Part shown: positions 52,325-64,000 of the stretch, piece after piece | Layout of the letters: each line of letters begins with the position of its first letter | Position numbering within the stretch: position 1 is the first letter of the stretch | Assembly: GCF_004010195.1 (NCBI RefSeq) | Contig: NC_057719.1 | Span: 72,824,088-72,888,087, forward strand | Direction: 5' to 3' | Source: Chiloscyllium plagiosum | Taxonomy: Eukaryota | Length of the DNA: 64,000 nt | Translations under genes and position numbers: made by a program | Notes under the pieces: model-generated | What the model saw: the letters and a program-made list of their open reading frames with translations, nothing else | Told to the model about the DNA's origin: nothing | Databases searched by the model: none

Positions 52325-52630
<306 letters not shown>

Positions 52631-53323
52631 TCATTAACCTAACATAGCCGGTTGCATCAGTATGATTAAATAAACCAAATTTGTTCATTTGAAACCAAAT
52701 CAGTCACTAGTTCTATAATTATTGGGAACAAAATAGACAGACATACTCAGCATACAAGATTACCTCAATTACATCTTTCCTAGCTTTATTACCAGATGTC
52801 CCCAGATGTTATGAAATGAATAACTGAACTTCTGCTGCTCCATTACTCCTGCTCTTTTTAATCCCTCGTCAGCAACAATATGGAGTCATTTTGTGCAACT
52901 TTCCTAAATTAATTCACAAAATAGGACCATGGGCTCTGAGTTGAACATATATTTTTACAACAAGTGACAAATCTGTAGCAGCATGAATATCTCATCTATT
53001 TGATCCCCTCTTGCCCTCCGCTGGACATCTAGTTTACAATAATGCCCAGCATTTGATAAATTCAGTGAATTGCCCAGAGGAGTGACAAATGAATTTAAAA
53101 TAAGTTTACAAAAACACCATAACTCAGCAGGTTTAAGTACAGGAAAATTGAGGAGCAGTAGCCAGAAAGATCTCAGTTTTTAATTGAATTAACTGGCCTT
53201 AGGAAACACGGCGCTGGATCTCAACTTATTTCTTTAAAGAGTAAAGTCTGCCAGATTTCATCCACTTCATTTAAAGTGGTTTCTGCTAGAAGAATGCAGT
53301 GTCAGCACTGCAGCCCTTATGTT

Positions 53324-56300
53324 TTTTTTGTGACTATATTTATTAGCAATTTTTTTTTAACTTTACAAACATATAAAATTATTGAAATATACAATAACAA
53401 ATATCAGTGTAATAAAAAGAAAAAACACAAATTACAATACAACTACTGTCTACTAACCTACCCTATAATACAAAACAAACCCTAACACTATTGTGCAAAG
53501 CAACACCAAAAAAACCCCACAAAATACAGAACAGTTATGCTCGGCGCAAAGCTCCCAAACAAAGGAACAGGAGCATTGTATATATACCTGCATTAACTCA
53601 GGAGACCCCCTCCAGGGCCCAGGGCTTGACAAATCTAACCATCCTGGTTAAACAAACACCCTAATTAAGATAACTGACAAAATCTATATCCAAATAACTC
53701 ATGTAGGGCTGCCACGTCTTATAAAAATGGTCTGTTGTATGGTGCACCATATTTTACAGACGTCCAAGGGAATGTGCTCCATAATTAATTTCTGCCATCC
53801 CAGCAAGCCCAGTGGGTTCTCAGACACTCAATTCATCAGAGTATTCTTCCATGCACAGTATGCAAGATATTAAATAGTTTCTTCCCATGCTGCCTAAAGA
53901 TGGTAAATTCGGTAAACCTAAGAGGAGAGATATCGGGTCTACTTTGACTTCAATCCTCAATACCCTCCCTATCTCTCCCGCCACAGTGCTCCAATAAACA
54001 CAGAGTCTGTGGCATTTCCAGAAGCAATGGGTAAGAGTACCTATACTTATTTTACATTTGGGCCACACTGAAGATGCCTCTTTTTAAAACTTCGCCAGAC
54101 TGTCTGGTGCCAGATGAGCCCGGTGCAGAACTTTTAACTGCGGAGCGCACGTCCTATTACAGATTGAGATCTTTGGAGTATTCTCCCACATGTTCTCCCA
54201 TGTTTCAGAAGAGATCTCCACTCCTGACTCTTGCTCCCAGACCTCACATAACCGGCTAATATCCTGCCAGGCTCTGCCACCCAGCAGGCAATAGAGGGCA
54301 CTAACCGAAAGGGTGCTTGTGGAACGTAGCAACAATCTTGTTGCAACGGTCTTATAGGGCTTAGTGAGAAGCATAGCCTTCTTCTGTATGAAATCCCTAA
54401 CCTGAAAAGATCTCTACTGGGCAACCCGTATTTGCGGCTCAATTGCTCAAAACGCATCATAACATTCTCCTCAAACAAGTCTCCCAAACTAGAAACTCTT
54501 CTCGCTGCCCATAGTTTGAACCCTGAGTCCATCATCCCTGGTCGGAACCTGGCATGCCAACTATAGGTATAAGTGGCGAAGTCTTGGATCAACAACCCTC
54601 ACTCTGACGCATTGCCCTCCATGCCTTGACTGTACTAATGACAATGGGGTTCTGGCAGTGGTCCATAACTGTCCTCATCTTATCCACAAACAACAGGTTA
54701 ATAAGAGGGCACTTTGCCTGGGAGGCCTCAATATCTAGCCATATTGAGTTTGGATCATTACCGACCCAATCACAGACAAAGGACAGCAGGGAACTCAATT
54801 GATACCTCCTGATGTCTGGGAAATCAACTCCTCCCCCTCCATGAGGCAATTGTAATTTAGTAAGTTTGATGAGGGGCCGCCCATGATGCCAGACAAAGGA
54901 ACCAAACCACCCCATAAGCTTCCGCAGCGTTGACCTGGGAAACATTATAGGGAGCATACGCATAGGATAAAGCAAACGAGGAACAACATTCACCTTAATT
55001 AGAGATATTCGGCCCAGCCATGAAATTGGAAGAGCCTCCCATCTCTGGAGATCTTGCCTAATATTGTTGAGTAAGTGAGCAAAGTTAGTCCAAAATAACA
55101 GATCAAACTTGGGGCTAATAAAAATGCCAAGGTATTGGAACCCTGCCCATGACCACTTAAAAGGGAACTTAGGGCCACCTTCAATTTCTGGCACATCCTT
55201 AAGCTTTCCCAAAGGCAAAGGCTCCGATTTTGTAAAGTTGATCTTATATCCTGAAATAGCCCCAAATGAATTGATACATTGCATCAAATGGGGTACGGAG
55301 GTCATCAGGTTTGATAAAAACAGAAGGACGTCATCTGCATACAGTGTAATCTTGTGTGCTCTTGATCCCACTTCCGGAGCGGTTATGTTGACATTCTTAC
55401 GAATGGCCTCTGCCAGTGGCTCTATCAGCAACGTAAGCAACAATGGTGAGAGGAGGCAGCCTTGGTGACTACCCCTACCAATCCTAAAATTCCCAGACTT
55501 CACCCAGTTGGTGATGACCGTGGCCAGAGGGTGGTGATATAAAATCTCCACCCACCTAGCAAAGACTCCACACAACCCAAACTGTTCTAAGACATAAAGA
55601 AGATACAGACATTCCACCTGGTCAAATGCTTTCTCTGTATCTAAGGAAATCACCAACCCCTGAATCGATTCATTGTGGACAAAATTTGACCATATTCAGC
55701 AACCTACGGCTCCTTATAAAGCCTGGCTGGTCCTCTTTAATAACATATGACAACACCCTTTCCAATCTCAGCGCGAGGTTCTTGGACAGAATCTTGAAAT
55801 CTGAATTTAATAGAGAGATGGGCCTGTATGAGGCACAATCCTCAGGAACCTTCCCCTTCAAGAATTAAGGAAATATTAGCTTCTCTCAAAGATGGTAGTA
55901 GGCATTCATGCATATAGGAGTGATTGTACATCTCCAACATCGGACCTGACAGAATCCCTATAAACTCCTTATAAAACTCACCCGGGAGACCATCAGGGCC
56001 AGGCGCTTTCCCTGAAGTTGTCTAGCTGCCTACTGTATTTCCTGAACTGTCAAGGGGGCATTAAAGAGAGAAGCCTGTTCCAAGGTTACCCCTGGGAGGT
56101 CCAGGTTCTTGAAAAAGGTCTCCATTTTAACCCTCCTGTCCTCGCGACCTTCAGACCGATACAATTCAGAGTAAAAGTTCAGAATAGCCTCATTAATCTT
56201 TTTAGCATCATATGTAAGGACCCCGGCGCTGTCTCTGATTGCAGTAATGGATTGGGGAGCATGCCTTTTCCTGGTCAGGTACGCTAAATACTTCCCTGGC

Positions 56301-59008
56301 CTAGCCCCATATTCGAAAAGCCTTTGTTTAGCAAAAGCAAGTTCTTTCTTTACGTTTTGTCAGTATTGAATTCAAGGCAGCCCAGAGGGCCGTGATCCGC
56401 TGTAGCTTAGTCACCGAAGACCACGCAAAATGTGCCAGCTCGGTGGCTTTCAACCGCGTCTCAAGTAGACGTTGCTGTTCCTCCTTCTGTTGTTTCTGGC
56501 TAGCTGAATAGGAAATAGCTAATCCCCTAGCAAAGGCCTTAGCAGTCTCCCATAGTATAGACGGACTACTAGCCTTGCCTGAGTTGATAGTCAAAAATTC
56601 TGGAAGCTCTTTCAAAAAGTATTCCACAAATTTGGAATTTTTAAGGAGAAAAAGGTCCAAACACCAGTGCCGCAAACCTAGCCCTTCACTCTTGGCCTTA
56701 TACTGCTGCGTGATCGGACGTAGCTATATTCCCAATTTTACAACCCAGAATCGCATCCAGAAGGGCCAAGGGAGTGAGAAAGAGGTCAATCCTCATGTGA
56801 CATTTATGTCGGTTTGAAAAACAAGGTGAAGTCCCTGCCGGTAGGGTGAAGACTTCTCCAAATGTCCACCAGCCCCAACTCCTCACATAAGTCAACCACC
56901 TGCTTGGCCTGCGAAGAAATAATTGGGTGCCCACAAGGCATCCCTGTCCATGGTCAGATCCAAAAGACAATTAAAATCCCCCCCCCCCCCTATAATAATG
57001 TGCCGTGTTCCAAAAGCACTCAACTTAGAGAAAGCACTAATCAAAAATTTGAGGGAATGCGGAGGACAGTAGACATTTAAAAAGCCATATTCCTCCCCAT
57101 GTATCAGGGCCTTAAGTATCACAAACCACCATTGCTCATCTTTCACCTGCTCTAATAATGTGAACAGAAGATTTTTCTGGATAGGTACCACCACTCCCCT
57201 ACTCTTATTAGTAAAGGATGAAAAGAATACCCAGTCATAACCACCCTGTTGTAACTACAGGTGCTCCCCATCATCAAGATGGGTTTCCTGCAATAAAGCG
57301 ATATCAAACCTTTCCCTCTTAAGGCTAGAAAGCACTTTTTTCCTTTTAACTGGTGAATGACTTCCCTTAATGGTCCAGGTGCACCATTTAATAAGACACT
57401 GAGCCATATCCCCTTTCAGAGACCCTTGAACCCCTCGGAGGGAGAACCCTGCTTACAAAACGTGTCCAGCATAAGTAAATAAAGACTCAGAGTGGAAGAA
57501 CTATATATACAAAAATGACTTTATCATAACTATAAACAACTACTACAACCAAAAAACTACAAAGAAAACCAACTATAAAACCTTGAATGGAAGATTCTTC
57601 CCCCTGTCCATCCCCTCCTTCACAGCTCCTTCAAACCCGGACTGTGCCCCAGCCTTAGGCCAGAAAAAAAACAAGGAGATGATCCTTAAAACAACAAAAA
57701 AAAAACAAAGTCAGGATGAACACTCCAGCCATCCCTGGCTACATGTCACCCCTACTTGTGACTAAAAGAGAAACAGAACAAACAAAAGAAGAGACAAAGA
57801 ACATGCACAAAATTTCCCATCAGAATATCCAGTTATTAAAAATAGAAACAACTTATTCCAAGGTCTATTCCCCCTTTCCAAAAAGGAAATTATTAGGGAC
57901 AAAGAAAGGAATAAAAAAAAAAGGAGGGAAAACATGGGGAAGGATAGAAAAGAGAACAAACATTAACCATATTCTCCAGGCCAATCCATCTATTTTAAAG
58001 TGTCTACAAAGTTTTTAGCTTTATCCACTGAGTCAAATGTATAAACTGAGTCCTTGTGGCTGAAATGGAGCACTACGGGGTATCTCATGGCATACTGGAT
58101 GCCCAGGTTCCTCAGCCTCTTTTTAAACTTGATCGAAGGACTTCCTCTTTCGAATTACAGCTGCAGAAAAATTCTGGAAAACATAATTTTTGACCCCTTG
58201 TACAGCAGTGCCTGCGGATCTTTACCCAGGGATTTGGAAGCTTCTATGACTTTTTGCTTGTCCTTATATGAGTGGAAGTGCACTAAGACCAAGCGGGGAC
58301 ACTGCACCAACCCTGACCTGTGCACTGTAACCCGATAAGACCTTTCAATTTGTAGTCTGCTGGACTCGATGTGAAGGCCCAAAAACATTGGCAGCCAGCT
58401 TTCAAAGAAGCTGACTGGCTGCTCACCTTCCTCACCTTCAGGAAGCCTGACAATTCAGAGATTTATCCTCCGACCTTGATTTTCAAGGTCGTCGATATGG
58501 TCTTGCAAGGCCCGCACCTCTCGCTCCAGCACCTGGATCCGATTGGATGAGGACTCCATCGCAGCTTCTGAGGCCTTAGTTCGACCCTCCACTAAATCCA
58601 GGCTCTCCCCGAGGCCCTGGATCTCCTGCTCATGCTTCTGAAGCATGGACGAGTTAGGTTGGACCTGGGCACGAATCTCCCCACGGATCTCCTCAATCGC
58701 AGCCCCTACTTTCAATTTAAGTCTCTCCATCGCTGCAGCCAATTCCTGAGAGTCTGTCAGGTCCTCAGGGGGTTCAGGAGAAGCTGCTGTTGCTGCTGTC
58801 TCTGGTATGCCTGGTACTGCAGGGGAGTGTCCTCCCTGCTGCTGGTTTCTCACTTCTTCCCACTCCCAAATATTAACAAATATGTGTTCTGTATAAAGGT
58901 TTTAAACTAATAGCTCCACCACATAAGTTGGCCAGGGATCGCAAAAAAACACCAGTATGCCTTGGCTGTTAGGCAGAGCTGTCCACAGCAGTTCTACAGA
59001 ATCACCGC
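53324..59008 (-). mobile_element. Near-full-length L1-clade LINE, sense orientation in a HEATR5A intron
   Basis: ORF1 (58853-58455 and downstream); ORF2 from 57407; 355-aa RT ORF with LYADD; C-terminal PKCKISIGTLTHCFWKC; imperfect TSD CAGCCCTTA(CCA)TGTT at 53311 and 59009. Confidence 0.93.
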
Positions 59009-59024
59009 CAGCCCTTACCATGTT

Positions 59025-60060
59025 AAAGTTAAGTAACCTGTTGAAATTCATTGTGAAATCCTCAAAGATGAATAACAGTGACTTGAATGAGGTACCAAGA
59101 GAATGGGACCATTAACTCTAATCCACTGGATTATATTACATTTGTAGCCCCCCCAACAAAAAGGCATTCAGCTAAACTGAATCCAATGAATTTCACAGAA
59201 TTGTTTCAGTGTGGAAGGAGGTCCATTGTGTCTGCACCATTTTTCCAAATGACCAATTCGCTTGTTTCCCATCTTTGCCCAAGATACTTGCACATTCTTC
59301 ATATTCAGAAATAAATCCAATCCCTGTTGACTCTTCACTGATTGAATACAGAAAATAAAACAATTTAAATATGGAACTATTGTACAATCTTGAAATTGCT
59401 CACTTTTTTCCTCTCTATATTAACAATAGGACAAAGAAAGGGCTTAAAGTTGGCTGACAACTGTGCTCTCTAATATCTATCTGCTGAGCCTTTGACAACC
59501 ATTTTCCATGATATATCTGCAGCTGCTTATTCATTAAACATCTTTCTCACTTTCATCCTCAAGGAATATTCACTTCTGGCCTTTAGATATAGCTACATGA
59601 ATGTTTTTCCCTAAGACAGAGGTGCAAAAACTGAAGTATACTTTGTGCACAAGTTTATCGATTCATAGACAGTTCTCATGTGATCACAAGACGTCCAAAA
59701 GCACCTCGTTACATTCTACTGCAACAGTCAACTACATCTGATGCCTCTCTCAGCTGCCCACTCTGCTCTCGCCTCTATAACAGATGTAAGGAGTTACAGA
59801 TTTGTGTGTATTCATCATTGTTCAACTGCTTCCATCTGTTCAGCTACTTTGCTCCCATGCCAAACATTCTCCAGTCCACTTCCACAGAAGTCTGAGTTCC
59901 AAGTAACTCCCCCACCTTTCCTCAAAAAAGGATTCTTGCCCAGAACAAATATCTTCTGCTGTTATGACCCCATTCTCAGTAAACTCTTGACCACATTCTT
60001 TGCTGGTGACAGACACCATCTTGTCCAAACCAATTCCAGTGAAGAAATAGTGACATATTT
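59025..60060 (+). mobile_element. Very old L2-like LINE relic, possibly continuing left of the L1 (~52750-53310)
   Basis: tctgctgagcctttgacaaccatt..catgat resembles SAAFDTIDHD. Confidence 0.4.
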
Positions 60061-60089
60061 CCAAGTCAGAATTGCCGACATAGAAACCT

Positions 60090-61500
60090 TGAAGGAAGGA
60101 GCAGGAAGCCGCCATTCGGCCCTTTCAGTCTGCTCCACTATTCATCACAATCATGGCTGATTGTCCAACTCAGTAGTCTAAGGCGGCTTCCTCCCCATAA
60201 CCTTGGGTCCATTCAATCCAAGTACTTTTTCTAGCCGCCCCTTGAATAAATGCATCCTCTATGCATCCACTCTGTCTAGTCCTGTTTGAATTTTACACGT
60301 CTCTTTGAGATTCCCCCCTCACTCGTCTGAATCCCAGTGAAAACAATCCTAACTTAGTCAATCTCTCTCGTAGATCAGTACCACCATCCTCTGGTCAACC
60401 TTCTCTATACTCCCTTGTGAGTAAGAGCATCCTGCCTCAGAAAAGGAGACCAAAGCTGCACACAATATTCTGGGTGTGGCCTCACCAAGGCCCTGTAAAT
60501 TTGCAACAATTTGAGCCCTGCTCCTCCACTCGAAACCTCTTGCAATGATGGTCAACATACCATTTTCCCTCTTTTACCTCCTGCTGTACCTGCATGCCTA
60601 CCTTCAGCAACTGGTGCACAAGAACACCCAGGTCCCGCTGCACATTCCTCTCTCCCAGTTTACAGCCATTCAGGTAGCAATCTGCCTTCACTTTTGCTTC
60701 CAAAATGAATAACCTCACATTTATCCAAATTATACTGCATGTGCCATTGATTTGCCCACTCCACCTAAACTGTCCAGATCATGCTGAAGCATCTCTGCAT
60801 CATCACAGCTCGCCCTCTCACCCAACTTGGTATCATCTGCAAACTTTTGAGATGTTATATCTTGTTCCCCCATCCAAATAATTAATATATGTTAGTGAAT
60901 AGCTGGGGTCTTAGCACCAATCCCTGTGGCACCCCACTTGGCCTACCAATTTGAAAAGGACCCATTAATTCCTAATCTTTGTTTCCTCTCTGCAAACCAG
61001 TTTTCTATTCTTCCGGAGTCCATAGAATCCTGGAAGATGATTATCAATGCATCCACTTCCTTACATACTCTTGGCTGGAGTATATCAGACTTTGGGGATT
61101 TATCCACCTCAATCCACTCGATTTTCCCAGCACCATTCCTCTACTAATATTGATTTCCCTCAGTTATTCCCTCTCACTAAATCTTGCATTCGCCAACACT
61201 TCTGGTATCTGATTTGTGTCCTTTTTTGTGAAGCCAGAGTCAAAATATATTCAGTTGCTCAACCATTTCTTTGCCCCCTCTTATACATTCCCCCATTTGT
61301 GTCTATGAGGATCTCCATTTGCGTCTATGGGGGATCTCCATTTGCCTTCAATAATCTCTTGGTCTTCACGTACCTATAGAAACTCTTAGTGTCTGTCTTT
61401 ATGTTTCTCGCAAGCTTACTCTTGTACAGTATTTACCCATTCTTAATCAATCCCTTGGTCCTTCTTTGCTGAATTTTAAACTGCTCCCAATCCTCAGACC
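60090..61500 (-). mobile_element. CR1 LINE 3' fragments
   Basis: QRDLGVLVH, FADD on minus; tail at ~60090-60160. Confidence 0.85.
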
Positions 61501-63130
61501 TCAACTACAGAGGCATGAGGGAGGAGCTGGAGAGAATTAACTGGGCAAGCAGCCTCGCAGGAAAGACAGGGGAACAGCAATGGCAGGGGTTTCTGGGAGT
61601 AATTCAGGAGACACAGCAGAGATTCATCCCGAAGAAAAAGCAGCATGGTACAGAGAGGATGAGGCAACCATGGCCAACTAGAGAAGTCAAGGATAGCATA
61701 AAAGCAAAAGAGAAAGCATATAATGTGGTGAAGGGTAGTGGAAAACCAGAGGATTGGTAAGCTTACAAAGACCAACAGAGAGCAACAAATAAGGAAATAA
61801 GGAGAGAGAACATTAAATATGAGAATAAGCTGGCCAGTAATATAAAGAAAGACTGTAATAGTTTCTTCAGATATACAAAGGGCAAAAGAGAGGCAAAAGT
61901 AGACATTGGACCACTAGAAAATGATGCTGTAGAGACAGTAGTGGGGAACAAGGAAATGGCTGAGAAACTGAATAATTACTTTGTGTCAGTCTTCACAGTG
62001 GAAGACACGAGTCATTTTGCAAAAGTTCAAAAGAGTGAGGGGGCAGAATTGAGTATGATGGCCATCACCAAGGAGGTGATGCTAGAAAAACTGAATGGCC
62101 TGAAGGTAGGTTAATCACCTGGACCAGATGGACTACACCCCAGAATTCTAAGGGAGACAGCTGAAGAAACAGTGGAGACATTAATGGTGATCTTTCAGGA
62201 ATCACTAGAGTCAGCCAAAGGACTGAAAATCACTAACGACACCTGTGTTTAAAAAGGTAGTAAGGCAATAAAAAAGAAAACGACTGATCGATTAGTCTAA
62301 TTCTTTAAGGAAGTATTGAGCATGTTAGACTAAGGACAGCCAATGGATGTTATCTATCTGGGCTTCAAGAAGGCCTTTGATAATATGCCGCAGAGGAGGC
62401 TACTGAGTAAGGGGAGGTCCCATGGTGTTCGAAGCAAGGTGCTAGCATGGATAGAAGCTTGGCTGTCTGGCAGAAAGCAGAGAGTGGGGATAAAAGGGCC
62501 CTTCTCAGGATGGCAGCTAGTAACAAATGGCGTTCTGCAAGACTCCGTGTTGGGACCACAACTTTTCATTTTATACATTGTCAATCTAGATGAAGGAACT
62601 GGCTAGGTTTGCAGACAACACAAAGATAGGTAGAGGGATAGGGAGGAGGCAGGGAGGCTGCAGAAGGATTTGGACAGGTTAGGAGAGTGAGCAAACAAGT
62701 GGCAGATGGGAAAGTGTGAGGTCATATACTTTGATAGGAAGAATAGAGGCATGGGGTCTAGTTAAAACTTACAAAATATTGAATAGCCTGGACACAGTGG
62801 ATGTTGGGAAGATGTTTCCATTGTTAGGAGAGACTAGTTACCAGAGGGCACAGTCTTAGAGCAAAGGAAAGACCTTTCAGGATGCAGATAAGGAGAAAAC
62901 TGTTCAGCCAGCGTGGTGAATCTATGGAATTCATTGCCAAAGAAGGATGTGGAGGCCAGGTCAATAAGTGTATTTAAGACTGAGATAGATATGTTCTTGA
63001 TTGTCAAGGAGATCAAGGGTTACGGATAAAAACAGGGAGAATGGGAAACCTATCATCCATGTTTGAATGGCGGAGCCGACTCAATGGGCTGAATGGCTTA
63101 ACTTCTGCTCCTGTGTTTTATGGTCTTATA
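61501..63130 (+). mobile_element. CR1 LINE ORF2 3' portion with deletions
   Basis: SPGPDGLHPR, QDSVLGP, FADN; 3' tail. Confidence 0.88.
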
Positions 63131-63134
63131 GCCT

Positions 63135-63870
63135 TCACAGATTCTCAGTTTGAAAGGTAGTGTTGAGGAAGCCTTCGGGATTTCCCACCGTGCATCTTGT
63201 GACTGGTATACACAACATACATGGCACCATTAGTGGAAGATGTGCATGGTTATGTGGGGTGCCACCAAAGCAGGTTGCTGTGTATCGAATATCAAACTTA
63301 TTAAATTTTATTGGCGCTGCACTCATCATGGCCAACGAAGGATATTTAATACGAATCTTGACAAGTGTCAAGTAGGTGGTATAAAGGCTTTTGAGAGTCA
63401 GGAGCCGGGTTACTCATTGCAGAATGCTTAGCATTTTACCCTGTTCTTGCAGCCACAGCATCTACATAGCTGTTTTAATTCAGACTGTAGATGGAGGATT
63501 CAACAATGACAACACCATTATGTAATGAAGATGATTTGACTCACTTAGCGGACACGGTTATTCTTTAGGTAAAAATGAGGACTGCAGATGCTGGAAACCT
63601 GAGTCTGGATTAGAGTGATACTAGAAAAGCACAGGAGGGCAGGTAGCATCTAAGGAGCAGGAAAATCGACGTTCCGCGCAAAAGCCCTTCATCATTATTC
63701 TTTGTCATTTGTATGTTGTGAATGCAATTTGTTGCTCATCACCAGGATGTGAGGTGAAAATGAACATCCTTGACTTCAAGGCCACATTAGTCTGAATTTG
63801 GCCTTCAAGGCTCCCCAGCAAAACTTGTGTAAATAGGAATCAGGGGAAAATCTCCCAAATAGTTGAAGTC
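63135..63870 (-). mobile_element. Jockey/CR1-group LINE relic
   Basis: KIRIKYPSLAMMSAAP resembles the C-terminal part of the 21930 family. Confidence 0.55.
63567..63694 (-). mobile_element. 128-bp PLE terminal-repeat-only insertion
   Basis: 9-bp TSD TTATTCTTT (63558-63566, 63695-63703); begins at the HHR core TGATGAagggc. Confidence 0.8.
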
Positions 63871-64000
63871 ACTTTTGAGTTATCATTCCTAGGATGATGA
63901 CCTCAGCGTGTACGAGTGGGCATAACCTCAAATTACGGGGAAATAGATTTAGGACAGATGTCAGAAGCAGGTTCTTTACGCAGAGAGTGGTATGGGCGTG

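Noticed and set aside
54589..55656. 355-aa ORF, the longest in the window
   Set aside because: RT segment of a decayed L1 ORF2; flanking parts are frameshifted; no sign of domestication.
59193..59387. Possible additional HEATR5A exon
   Set aside because: Does not resemble the expected upstream HEATR5A sequence; lies within an old LINE relic.
60090..63130. Head-to-head CR1 pair as one fold-back element
   Set aside because: The arms are different subfamilies with low identity and no TSD.

Overview
Eukaryotic, repeat-rich vertebrate DNA, most likely a shark. HE1 V-SINEs and the CR1/Penelope content suggest a carpet or bamboo shark; the species is an inference. Two host genes lie on the minus strand. 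The last seven coding exons of HEATR5A (52590 to 35066) have consistent GT-AG junctions and phases and are followed by a 3' UTR. About 23 kb downstream are the CpG-island promoter, non-coding exon 1 and first coding exon of HECTD1 (ATG at 11168). Nearly everything else is decayed, nested retrotransposons: CR1 LINEs with esterase ORF1, two near-full-length L1s with TSDs, Penelope-like elements (PLEs) with minimal hammerhead-ribozyme (HHR) cores, RTE, L2, a solo LTR and several SINE families. I see no intact novel protein-coding system. The best leads are: (i) HHR-bearing PLE insertions with twin-priming-like geometry and a recurrent second breakpoint; (ii) two local inverted-duplication hairpins; (iii) a tRNA/SINE micro-array; (iv) a uORF and a possible divergent spliced transcript at the HECTD1 promoter. 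Family names come from recalled motifs, not database searches.
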